Positions 26,172 to 34,417 of a DNA stretch of 40,102 nt are shown here, one piece after another. Under the pieces are notes generated by a model. It worked only from the letters and a program-made list of their open reading frames with translations. It made no database searches and was not told the DNA's origin. Both the position numbers and the translations under genes were made by a program. Position 1 is the first letter of the stretch; every line of letters begins with the position of its first letter. Source of the DNA: Polyangiaceae bacterium (GTDB lineage: Bacteria; Myxococcota_A; Polyangia; Polyangiales; Polyangiaceae); contig JBGANF010000072.1 of assembly GCA_044222475.1 (NCBI GenBank), positions 1 through 40,102 on the forward strand, written 5' to 3'.

Positions 26172-27832
26172 TTCCTCACTGCGACGGTGACGCCGCCGCT
26201 CGGGGTCTGCTTTGCGATGAACGATCCGACCGCGTCGTAGAACTTCCCGACCGGCGTCCCCGGAGTGTCCCGGCCGACGATCCAGTCGATGTGAGTCAGC
26301 GTCGGCTCGTCGATGACGGTGAATGCGTCGGGGTCGTTTCGATCTTTGCCCGCGCTCGGTCGCGACGATCCCACGATGGGGAGAAAAGCGCGGAGGTTCT
26401 CGTACGCGCCCGTCTTCGCCACGACCGAGCCCGCGGCGAGCACCGGGACGTCGATCTCCTTCCCGTGCTTCGCGACGAGCCCGTACTCGGACGCTCGCCA
26501 GTCGCCGTCTTGGACGTCGAGCGTGGAGGCGGTATCCGCGTCGATGCTGAGACGCTGCGGGAAGTACCACTCGGCGAAGTTGAGCTGCGGCCCCTCGTAC
26601 CAAGCGCGCGCGGCGTCGTCGATCGAGGTCGCCTCCTTCGGGTTCGACTGGTCGTGCTCGACCCAGCGGTACGTCGCGCTCGCATCCGACGGATGACTCA
26701 GCTTGCCGCCGAACGCGCTGTCGTACTCGGTGATCGCGCCACCCTCGCCGTGCCCGCACGAGACGGCGGCGATCTGAAGACCGCACGACTTGTCGTCGAA
26801 CGCGAACCCGAACGCCGCGCGGTTCGTGAGCTTCGGCATCGGCGTCTGCCCGAGCAGCACCGACAACAGCGAGTCGCGACCGTCGTCGACCGAGACCGCG
26901 TCGGGTGAGAAGCGAGCCTGCATCGCGACGTACTCGCTCACCATGTACGCCTTCGTGCCGAGGAACGGCAGCGTGAAGAAGACGTTCCCCGCGCGGATGT
27001 CCTTCACGACGCCGGGCCGCGGTCCGAATGCACCGCCGGTCTGCGAGCCGTTCTCGTAGCCGGCTCGATCGATCGACGACGCCTTGCCTTCGTCGCCCGT
27101 GACGCCATCGACGAGGACGAGCCCAGCGAGCTCCCGGTAGCCGGGCGTCCCCTGGAAATCCCACGCCGCGTACTCCTCGGCGAGGATGCCGCCGAGCGAG
27201 TGCCCCAACAGGATCACCCGCTTGGCGCGCTCGTCGGTCGGGACGAGAGCGATCACCGCGCGAAGGTCGCCGAGCGTAGTCGCCGCGCCCCACTCGCTCG
27301 CCCACGGCGACTCGACGCCGCTCTTGAAGCCGTCGAAGGTCTTCCCTTCGATGGTGGCCAGGTCGCCGTAGTACTTCTGCGCGATCGTCGGGTCCTTGCG
27401 GACCTCGGCCACGTCGAGCCCGTGCGTGTCCTCGAGGAGGTTGGATCGACGGTCGATCGCCCACGCCTCGAAGGCATCGCCCGCGGTGCTCCGGCGAACG
27501 ATCGCGCGCGCGAGGCCGTCGAGAGAGCCCGCTCCTCCGAGAAAGCCCGGCATCATCACCACGATCGCGCGCGCGGGGCGCGGCGGGTCGGCGTCGACGC
27601 GGTAGCGAACGACGCGCAATCGATTCTGATCCGGAGGTGTGCTCGCGCCCTTGACCGGGTTCGGCGGCGGAGCGACGCCGTCGACGAGGAATGCCTCGCG
27701 GCGAATCTTGACCGCGCCCGGATCCTCGACGACGACGCTGGCCGGCGGGGGCACGAACGGCGGGCTCTGCGCTTCCGACGGCCCGCACGCGGCGAAGCCG
27801 AACAGAAGCGAAATGGGGAGGGCCCTCTTCAT
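26168..27832 (-). CDS. Lipoprotein alpha/beta hydrolase (lipase/esterase-like)
   Basis: MKRALP...FAAC lipobox; MPGFLGG oxyanion loop, GHSLGG nucleophile, LVLVDG, THIDW. Confidence 0.85.
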   Translation of the reverse strand: MKRALPISLLFGFAACGPSEAQSPPFVPPPASVVVEDPGAVKIRREAFLVDGVAPPPNPVKGASTPPDQNRLRVVRYRVDADPPRPARAIVVMMPGFLGGAGSLDGLARAIVRRSTAGDAFEAWAIDRRSNLLEDTHGLDVAEVRKDPTIAQKYYGDLATIEGKTFDGFKSGVESPWASEWGAATTLGDLRAVIALVPTDERAKRVILLGHSLGGILAEEYAAWDFQGTPGYRELAGLVLVDGVTGDEGKASSIDRAGYENGSQTGGAFGPRPGVVKDIRAGNVFFTLPFLGTKAYMVSEYVAMQARFSPDAVSVDDGRDSLLSVLLGQTPMPKLTNRAAFGFAFDDKSCGLQIAAVSCGHGEGGAITEYDSAFGGKLSHPSDASATYRWVEHDQSNPKEATSIDDAARAWYEGPQLNFAEWYFPQRLSIDADTASTLDVQDGDWRASEYGLVAKHGKEIDVPVLAAGSVVAKTGAYENLRAFLPIVGSSRPSAGKDRNDPDAFTVIDEPTLTHIDWIVGRDTPGTPVGKFYDAVGSFIAKQTPSGGVTVAVRK

Positions 27833-27892
27833 CGACCCGCGAATGGAAGCACGCCGCACGGTGATTGGCGAGCGAGGGGGTATGCTTCGCCG

Positions 27893-29590
27893 GTGGCACT
27901 CAGGCTCCCCGGCAAGACCGAACGCAGGCTCGCGCTTGCGATTCTCGTGACGGCGCTCGTACCGCTCGCCGCCGCAATCTTCCTGTCGCAGTCGCTGTTC
28001 TCTCAAGCGTCGGCGATCTGGTTCAACCCCGAGGTCGGACAGCAGCTCGACCGCGGAGTCGATCTCTACCGCGACTACGTCGCGGTCGTGAAGGACGACC
28101 TCCGGCATCAAGGCGGCGCCATCTCGGCCGACGCCGAGCTGCGCGATGCGGCGAGCCGCGGCGATCGCGCGGCGGTCGCCGCGAGCCTCGATCGGCTGTT
28201 CCCCGCGTACCCTGCCCTCGTCGCGCTCCGGGTCGAGAACGCCGACGGCGACGTCCTCGCCGAGCGCACTCGCGGGCGCCCAGTCGACGACGCGAAGGAG
28301 AAGAAGCTCGACGTGCTCCGCCCGCTCGGCGGCGGCGATCGCCCAGCGACGCTCTCGGCGACGTTCGCCGCGGATCGGCGCCACCTCGACGAGCTCGAGA
28401 GCAACGGCTCCGTCGTGACCCGCTACCACCAGCTCGAGCACTCGCGCGCCGAGCTCTACGACGGCTACGTGCGCGCGTTCATCGCCCTCCTCATCATCAC
28501 GATGCTCGTCGCGCTCTTCAGCGGCACGGTGCTCGCGCGCGGCGTCACGCGCCGCATCAACCGCCTCGCGGCCGCGATCGACGTGGTCGCCAAAGGCGAC
28601 GACTTGAGCGTGCGCGTTCCAGTCACCGGCTCGGACGAGCTCACCGATCTCGCGAGCACCTTCAACCGAATGCTCGGAGAGATGTCCTCCTCTCGCTCTC
28701 GCATCGAGTACCTCCAGCGCATCGGCGCGTGGCAGGAGATGGCGCAACGCCTCGCCCACGAGATCAAGAACCCGCTCACGCCGATCCAGCTCGCGGTCCA
28801 GGAGTGTCATCAGAAGTACTCCGGCGACGATCCGAAGTACCGGGCCCTGCTCGACACGACGCTCGAGATCGTCGAGGAGGAGGTCGGCGTTCTTCGTCGC
28901 CTCGTTGGAGACTTCTCGAGCTTCGCGCGCCTGCCCCACGCCGAGCTCGAGAGCTGCGACCTCACCGAGTTCCTCCGCGAGTGTCGCGACCAACTGGGTC
29001 ACCTCGAGGATGCAGCGCTCCTCCCCGACGCGATCGACGGAGAGCCACCCGCGAGCGGCGAGGCACGCGATCAGGGGACGGGACCTCAGGTCGAGGTCGA
29101 GTGGGACCTCCCGCCCACCGCCATCCCGGTTTCGATCGATCGCCAGATGCTGCGCCGCGTGCTCGTGAACCTCGTACGCAACGCGGTCCAGGCGATCCGC
29201 GACGCGCGCCGGGGCGAGGCCTCTTCCAGCGGGCCCATCGGCACCGTCCGCGTCCACGCCGAGACCTCGCGCGATGGGACGACGATCCTGATCGACGACG
29301 ATGGGCCCGGCATCGATCCGAAGATCCGTGAGCGCATCTTCGAGCCATATTTCACCACCAAGGCCGACGGAACCGGCCTGGGGTTGGCGATCGTGAAGAA
29401 GATCGTCGTCGAGCACGGCGGCACCATCGCCATCGACGACGCACCGAAGACGAAGGACCACCCGACCGGCGCGCGCGTGCGAATTCACCTGCCGACGGGC
29501 GAGTCCGTGGCTGCACGAGACGGCGCGGGCGCGGCGCGAGCGCGGGCGCGCGCCGAAGGAGTCGCTACCGGCGAGGACCGGGTCCTCTAG
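27893..29590 (+). CDS. Membrane sensor histidine kinase (NtrY-like; HAMP, HisKA, HATPase)
   Basis: Two TMs, DEL..L...FNRM, AHEIKNPLTPIQL, NLVRNA, DDGPGI, FEPYFTTK, GTGLGL. Confidence 0.93.
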   Translation: MALRLPGKTERRLALAILVTALVPLAAAIFLSQSLFSQASAIWFNPEVGQQLDRGVDLYRDYVAVVKDDLRHQGGAISADAELRDAASRGDRAAVAASLDRLFPAYPALVALRVENADGDVLAERTRGRPVDDAKEKKLDVLRPLGGGDRPATLSATFAADRRHLDELESNGSVVTRYHQLEHSRAELYDGYVRAFIALLIITMLVALFSGTVLARGVTRRINRLAAAIDVVAKGDDLSVRVPVTGSDELTDLASTFNRMLGEMSSSRSRIEYLQRIGAWQEMAQRLAHEIKNPLTPIQLAVQECHQKYSGDDPKYRALLDTTLEIVEEEVGVLRRLVGDFSSFARLPHAELESCDLTEFLRECRDQLGHLEDAALLPDAIDGEPPASGEARDQGTGPQVEVEWDLPPTAIPVSIDRQMLRRVLVNLVRNAVQAIRDARRGEASSSGPIGTVRVHAETSRDGTTILIDDDGPGIDPKIRERIFEPYFTTKADGTGLGLAIVKKIVVEHGGTIAIDDAPKTKDHPTGARVRIHLPTGESVAARDGAGAARARARAEGVATGEDRVL

Positions 29591-29647
29591 CGCGCGCAGG
29601 AACGCCCAGCTCGACAAAGCGGGGGCGACGTTGCATGTTGCTCGTCC

Positions 29648-30232
29648 ATGGCCCAGCGCGACGACGACAGCGGTTCGAGCGCGCTCTATGGCGTCGCCGG
29701 GGCACTCCTCGTGTTCGGTTTGCTCGGTGCGTTCGCGTTCCTCCCGCGCCTGTTCGCCAGCGCGGATCGCACGGGCGCGGGGCGCCAAGCGCCCGAGATC
29801 AACATGCCGGTCATCGCCAACGGCGGCGACCTCGTCACAGCCGACGCGGCGACCACCGCCGGCTCCGCGCCTGCGGTGAAGCTCTCCGAGCTGCGTGGCA
29901 AGGCGGTCCTGCTCGACTTCTGGGCCACCTGGTGCGGCCCGTGCCGCGCCGAGATGCCCATCGTCGACCGCATCGCCGCGCGCTACCGCGATCAGGGCCT
30001 CGTGACGATCGGCGTGAACGCCGGAGAAGATCCCGAAGACGTGAGGCCGTGGGTCCAAGGCAACGGAGTCCACTATCCGATCGTCGCGGACGACGGATCG
30101 TCGCAGCGCACGTTCGGCGTCGACAGTCTCCCCACGCTCGTCGTCATCGATCGCGCCGGCAAGATCGTCGCGGTGCGCGTCGGCATGACCGAAGCGGCGG
30201 AGCTCGAGCGGCTCGTGAAGTCAGCCTTGTAG
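29648..30232 (+). CDS. TlpA/ResA-family membrane-anchored thiol-disulfide oxidoreductase
   Basis: N-terminal TM; LDFWATWCGPCRAEMP; LPTLVVIDRAG. Confidence 0.93.
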   Translation: MAQRDDDSGSSALYGVAGALLVFGLLGAFAFLPRLFASADRTGAGRQAPEINMPVIANGGDLVTADAATTAGSAPAVKLSELRGKAVLLDFWATWCGPCRAEMPIVDRIAARYRDQGLVTIGVNAGEDPEDVRPWVQGNGVHYPIVADDGSSQRTFGVDSLPTLVVIDRAGKIVAVRVGMTEAAELERLVKSAL

Positions 30233-31045
30233 CCCGCGCATCGGCAAGAAGAAGCGCTTCCCGTTGATCTCGTTCTCGCCGCAGTAGAGCTCGGCGTCGA
30301 ACGTCTCCTTCAAGCGCCGATACGTCATGACCTCGGGCACGGTGCCCGCGGCGATCAAGCGGCCTTCCTTCATGAGGACGACGCGCGAGGCCCACTGCGC
30401 CGCGGCGTTCAGATCGTGCATCGACACGACGACCGCGAGGTCTTCCTTCTCGACGAGATCGATCAACAGATCGTAGAGCGCGAGCTGGTGCTTCACGTCG
30501 AGGAAGGCGCCCGGCTCGTCGAGCAGGAGCACCTTCGGCGTCTGCGCGAGCGCGCGCGCGATCGCGACGCGCTTTCGTTCGCCCCCGCTCAGCTGATCGA
30601 CTCGTCGGTCGACCAGCGATCCCAGATCGCACCGTGCGATCGCATCGCTCACCGGCTTCTCGTCCGCCTCCGCGACCCACATCCAGCCGCGCTGATGCGG
30701 TGCGCGGCCCATGGTCACGACCTCGCGCACGGAGTACCCGAACGCGACCTCGTCGAGCTGAGGGACGACCGCGATCGCGCGCGCCACCTCGGCCCGATCC
30801 ATCCCCACCAGGTCGCTACCGAACGCGCGTGCAGTCCCTCGAACGGGCTCGAGGGTGCCGGCCATGACGCGCAGGAGGGTCGACTTTCCAGCGCCATTTG
30901 GCCCGAGAAGGGCAACGAGCTCGCCGGGTTCGACCCGCAAGCTTACATCGTCAATCGCGGCGCGCGCGGCGGAGGCCGTCCCGGGAGCGTCATAGCGTGC
31001 CGACACTCCGTCGAGGTCGAGCGCATGGGCCTTTCTTTCCGTCAT
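30221..31045 (-). CDS. ABC transporter ATP-binding protein (FecE/BtuD/HmuV type)
   Basis: GPNGAGKST, MGRAPH, LSGGE, LLLDEP..LD..HQ, MHDLN. Confidence 0.92.
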   Translation of the reverse strand: MTERKAHALDLDGVSARYDAPGTASAARAAIDDVSLRVEPGELVALLGPNGAGKSTLLRVMAGTLEPVRGTARAFGSDLVGMDRAEVARAIAVVPQLDEVAFGYSVREVVTMGRAPHQRGWMWVAEADEKPVSDAIARCDLGSLVDRRVDQLSGGERKRVAIARALAQTPKVLLLDEPGAFLDVKHQLALYDLLIDLVEKEDLAVVVSMHDLNAAAQWASRVVLMKEGRLIAAGTVPEVMTYRRLKETFDAELYCGENEINGKRFFLPMRGLQG

Positions 31046-31082
31046 GACTCGCCGCATCATAGATGTCCCGAAGGAGCTCCGC

Positions 31083-31688
31083 GTGGAAGCGAAAACCGAA
31101 GCGACACCGCAAGGTGGAAAGCGCCTCATCAAGCGCTACTCGAATCGCAAGCTCTACGACACCAAGGACAGCCGTTACGTCACGCTGCTCCAAATCGCCG
31201 ACCTTCTCCGTGGCGGAGAAGAGGTGCAGATCATCGACAACAACTCGAAGGAGGATCTCACCGAGGTGACCCTCGCGCAGATCATCTTCGAGGAAAAGAA
31301 AGCCAACAGCCGCACCGTCCCCCTGCAGACGTTGAAAGAGCTGATTCACCAGCGGACGGAGAAGGTCTTGTCGGAGCTGAGGGAGGGTCCCATCGGTCGC
31401 TTGATTCCCGGGCAGAAACCCGAAAAAGGTGAAGCAATTCCGGAGCCTCCGCCGCCGCCTCCCCCGCCGACCAAGCCCACGCTGGTGGAGCAGGCCAAAG
31501 GGAAGTGGGAGGACCTCCAGCACGACGTGGACGAGCGTATCCGCGCGATATTGCCGAGTATTTTGCCTTGGCAGCAGCTCGAGGCCGAGGTGAAGCGGCT
31601 CCACGCCCGGGTCGAAGAGCTGGAGGCGAAGATCGCTGCCGACAGCGACGCGAAGGCCAAGCAAAGCTCGGGAAAAGCCAAGGAATAG
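31083..31688 (+). CDS. Protein with PHA-synthesis-regulator (PhaR-type) N-terminal DNA-binding domain and C-terminal coiled coil
   Basis: IKRYSNRKLYDT..SRYVTL..I, EDLT..TLAQIIFEE; AAGGAG RBS before GTG 31083. Confidence 0.88.
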   Translation: MEAKTEATPQGGKRLIKRYSNRKLYDTKDSRYVTLLQIADLLRGGEEVQIIDNNSKEDLTEVTLAQIIFEEKKANSRTVPLQTLKELIHQRTEKVLSELREGPIGRLIPGQKPEKGEAIPEPPPPPPPPTKPTLVEQAKGKWEDLQHDVDERIRAILPSILPWQQLEAEVKRLHARVEELEAKIAADSDAKAKQSSGKAKE

Positions 31689-31690
31689 CT

Positions 31691-31717
31691 GGAATAGGCG
31701 TGGGGGCGGCCCGGTTG
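31691..31717 (+). promoter_or_regulatory. Putative SigR/SigH-type ECF promoter (autoregulatory)
   Basis: GGAAT (31691-31695)-N18-GTTG (31714-31717), about 50 nt upstream of the ECF start. Confidence 0.65.
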
Positions 31718-31768
31718 ACCGGAGTGAATCCAAGCTCCAGGTTGATTCGGTTGGAACGCTAAAACCCC

Positions 31769-32431
31769 ATGGCCCTGTTCGACGAACCTTCCCCTTCCCG
31801 CGACGGCGATCAATTCCTCGACGAGACGATGTCTCACATGGACGCGCTCTACGGAGTCGCGTGTCGCCTGACTCGAAACCCGACGGAGGCCGAAGACCTC
31901 GTGCAGGACGCGCTCGTGAAGGCGATGCGCGCGCGCGATCAGTTCCAACCGGGGACGAACCTCAAGGCGTGGCTCTTCCGGATCCTCACCAACACGTTCA
32001 TCAACAAGTACCGCCGCGGTGGGCTCGAGCGCTCCGTGCTCGAAGGCCCCGACGCGGATCCGTTGGCCGACGGTTGGGTGAGCGCGTCGACGATGCGCCA
32101 GCTGCGTGACCCGGAGACGATCGCGCTCTTGCCGATCGTCGAAGGCGAAGTTCGCCGAGCGCTGGATGCACTCCCGCCCGAGTTTCGTCTCGCCGTCGTC
32201 CTGGCCGACGTGGAGGAGTTCTCTTACGAAGAGATCGCGGATATCATGGGGTGTCCGATTGGCACCGTCATGAGCCGTCTCCACCGCGGTCGCAAGCTGC
32301 TCCAGAAGTCGCTCTACGCTCACGCGCTCGCCATGGGCATCGTGAAGGGCGAAGAGGCGGTCGGTGCAGAGAAGGCGGCCGCTCCGGCCGATCTGGGCGC
32401 GTACCGCGCGAAGAAGCGAGGCGCGGCATGA
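31769..32431 (+). CDS. ECF sigma factor, SigR/SigH-like
   Basis: [64 protein letters not shown]. Confidence 0.93.
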   Translation: MALFDEPSPSRDGDQFLDETMSHMDALYGVACRLTRNPTEAEDLVQDALVKAMRARDQFQPGTNLKAWLFRILTNTFINKYRRGGLERSVLEGPDADPLADGWVSASTMRQLRDPETIALLPIVEGEVRRALDALPPEFRLAVVLADVEEFSYEEIADIMGCPIGTVMSRLHRGRKLLQKSLYAHALAMGIVKGEEAVGAEKAAAPADLGAYRAKKRGAA

Positions 32432-33249
32432 CGGCTTGCCGTGACTACGTCCACCTCCTCGGCGCCTTCGCCGACGGCGAGCTCGAGACGGAGAAGCAGC
32501 TCGAGGTCGACGCCCACGTCGACGAGTGCGAGCCCTGTCGCGAGCGCGTCCTCCTCGGCAAGGCGATGAAGGCCTCGCTCAAGAACGCGCTGAAGGCGAC
32601 CGCTCCGGACACGCTCCGCGCGCGCATGGCTGCGTCGATGAAGGCGGAGCTCGCGCGCGGCGCCGTTCGCGAAGACGCGAAGCGCAAGACGATCGCGTGG
32701 CGCACCATCGTGCCGCTCGCGACGGCGGCGGCGTTCGCCCTCACGTGGGGAGCGCTCTCGCGTCCCGCGAAGGACGGCACCGTGCGCGCGGGCTTCGGCG
32801 ACGACCTCATCGCCGACCTCGTCGCCGAGCACTCGCGGCCGCTCCCGCCCGAGGCGCGTGATGCCCAGGGCGTCAATCAGCTCGGCCAGTACGTCGGCGT
32901 GCCGGTCCACTCGAACACGCTCCAGCAGCACCGCCCCGGGGTTCGCCTCGTCGGTGGACGCGTGTTGCCGGTCCACCAAGAGCGCGCGGCGATGCTCCAG
33001 TACGAGGTCCCGCAGCAGAACGGCGAAGTTCGCCGCGTCAGCATCTTCGTGTTCGATCCGCGACGCATTCAGGTGAACGACGCCGACTTGTCGACGCGCC
33101 CGGTGGGCACGGCGCAGGTGCGGGTCGGCCACCAGAACGGCTACTCGGTCGCGGTGATGCAGAACGACGGCGTCGGTTACGCCCTCGCGAGCGACATGAA
33201 CGAGGACGAGACGGCCGAGCTCGCGGTCGCTTCCGGCGACCCACAGTAG
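32428..33249 (+). CDS. Zinc-binding (zf-HC2/ZAS) transmembrane anti-sigma factor
   Basis: ATGA overlap; [17 protein letters not shown] (HxxxCxxC), one TM, extracytoplasmic C-domain. Confidence 0.88.
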   Translation: MTACRDYVHLLGAFADGELETEKQLEVDAHVDECEPCRERVLLGKAMKASLKNALKATAPDTLRARMAASMKAELARGAVREDAKRKTIAWRTIVPLATAAAFALTWGALSRPAKDGTVRAGFGDDLIADLVAEHSRPLPPEARDAQGVNQLGQYVGVPVHSNTLQQHRPGVRLVGGRVLPVHQERAAMLQYEVPQQNGEVRRVSIFVFDPRRIQVNDADLSTRPVGTAQVRVGHQNGYSVAVMQNDGVGYALASDMNEDETAELAVASGDPQ

Positions 33250-33270
33250 CGCTTCGGCTATGCTCCGGGG

Positions 33271-33927
33271 ATGCGGTCAGCGCTCCTCTGGGTGGGACTC
33301 GTCTTCTTCGTCGCCTGCGGCGGTGACGACACGTCCAGCGTGGTCCCCGATGCGTCTGGGGTCGACGCTCCGGCCGACACGACGTCGTCCCAAGATGGTA
33401 CGACGGCCGACACGAGCCCCCCGGCCGACGTCTTCGTGCCGGGCGATGCCGCCAGCGACGTCGCCGGGAAGTTCGTCCTCACGAGCAGCGCCTACGCCGA
33501 AGGCGGCGTCATTCCGAACGCCAACTCGTGCAAAGGGGTCAACGAGTCGCCTCCGCTGGCCTGGAGCGGGGCGCCCGGCGGCACGATGAGCTACGCGCTC
33601 ACCTTCGTGGACAAGTCGAACAACCTCGTCCACGCGGCGATGTACGACATCCCGGCGAACACGTCGTCGCTGGCCGCGGCGATCCCAAAGGTGGCCACCC
33701 CGCCGACGCCAGCCGGGATGAAGCAGGTGAAGGCGTACGACAACACGACGTTCGGCTACCTGGGACCGTGCCCAGGGAGCCAACACACGTACACGTGGAC
33801 GATCTACGCGGTCGACGTGGCGGCGCTGCCGGGAGTGACGACGGCCTCGACCCGAGCGCAGGTCATCACGGCGCTGTCGGGTCACACGCTCGCCACGGCG
33901 ACCCTGACCGGAACGTTCACGCCGTGA
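33271..33927 (+). CDS. YbhB/YbcL (PEBP/RKIP-like) lipoprotein
   Basis: FVAC lipobox; LTSSAY..GG.IP, SPPLAWSGAP, YLGPCP..HTY..TIYA. Confidence 0.88.
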   Translation: MRSALLWVGLVFFVACGGDDTSSVVPDASGVDAPADTTSSQDGTTADTSPPADVFVPGDAASDVAGKFVLTSSAYAEGGVIPNANSCKGVNESPPLAWSGAPGGTMSYALTFVDKSNNLVHAAMYDIPANTSSLAAAIPKVATPPTPAGMKQVKAYDNTTFGYLGPCPGSQHTYTWTIYAVDVAALPGVTTASTRAQVITALSGHTLATATLTGTFTP

Positions 33928-33939
33928 CGGCCTGACGGC

Positions 33940-34392
33940 TCACTTCTCCGTCTCGGTCTCGTAGGCATAGGCGTAGGGCTCGTCGCGATCGGGGTCCCAG
34001 CGCGACCGTGGCGCGGACAGACACTGGAACTTCACCCGCCGGCCGGGGAGCATCCCGTACCGGCTGGGACACCCAGGAATCCGATCGACGCAGCGCGATA
34101 CCACCTGCGTGTAGTGGTCGACGTACACGAGGTCGAGCGATCCGCATGCGGTCGTCATCACGGCCTGACACGCCTCGCTCGTACGCTGCGCGTTCTCCGC
34201 GTCGCTCAGGTCCTCGTTCCGGAACGAGCAGTCTTTCTCTTGGTACGGGCCAGCCGATGGGCCGAAGGGCGCGCCTACGCCCCAGACGGCGAGCTGCACC
34301 GAGCGTCGCGTCCCGTGGTGGACGAGCGGGGCGAGCAACGCCACGACGACCACGCCGACGATCAAGCCTCGCCGCCCCGGGCGCATCGCCAT
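33940..34392 (-). CDS. Hypothetical Cys-rich membrane-anchored/secreted protein
   Basis: N-terminal hydrophobic segment, 6 Cys; TATCCT 6 nt upstream of ATG; fills the gap between neighbours. Confidence 0.55.
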   Translation of the reverse strand: MAMRPGRRGLIVGVVVVALLAPLVHHGTRRSVQLAVWGVGAPFGPSAGPYQEKDCSFRNEDLSDAENAQRTSEACQAVMTTACGSLDLVYVDHYTQVVSRCVDRIPGCPSRYGMLPGRRVKFQCLSAPRSRWDPDRDEPYAYAYETETEK

Positions 34393-34417
34393 GTCCCGAG
34401 GATACCCGAACGGTGCG

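Noticed and set aside
25113..27899. 928-aa ATPase ORF (similarly the 785-aa PBP and 386-aa tdk ORFs)
   Set aside because: The N-terminal extensions are off-frame or antisense read-through of neighbouring genes; true starts lie downstream.
29599..29632. GGAAC...GTT upstream of tlpA as a SigR-type promoter (also GGAAT upstream of ggt)
   Set aside because: Spacing is 26 nt at tlpA, and no GTT follows at 18 nt for ggt, so direct regulon membership is unsupported.
26168..30073. 1301-aa ORF as one giant protein
   Set aside because: Only the part from ATG 27832 (lipobox, hydrolase motifs) is credible; the rest is antisense to the kinase and tlpA.
31446..31470. CCG/CCT-rich run as a microsatellite or phase-variation tract
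   Set aside because: Encodes a poly-Pro linker with mixed codons; not a perfect repeat.
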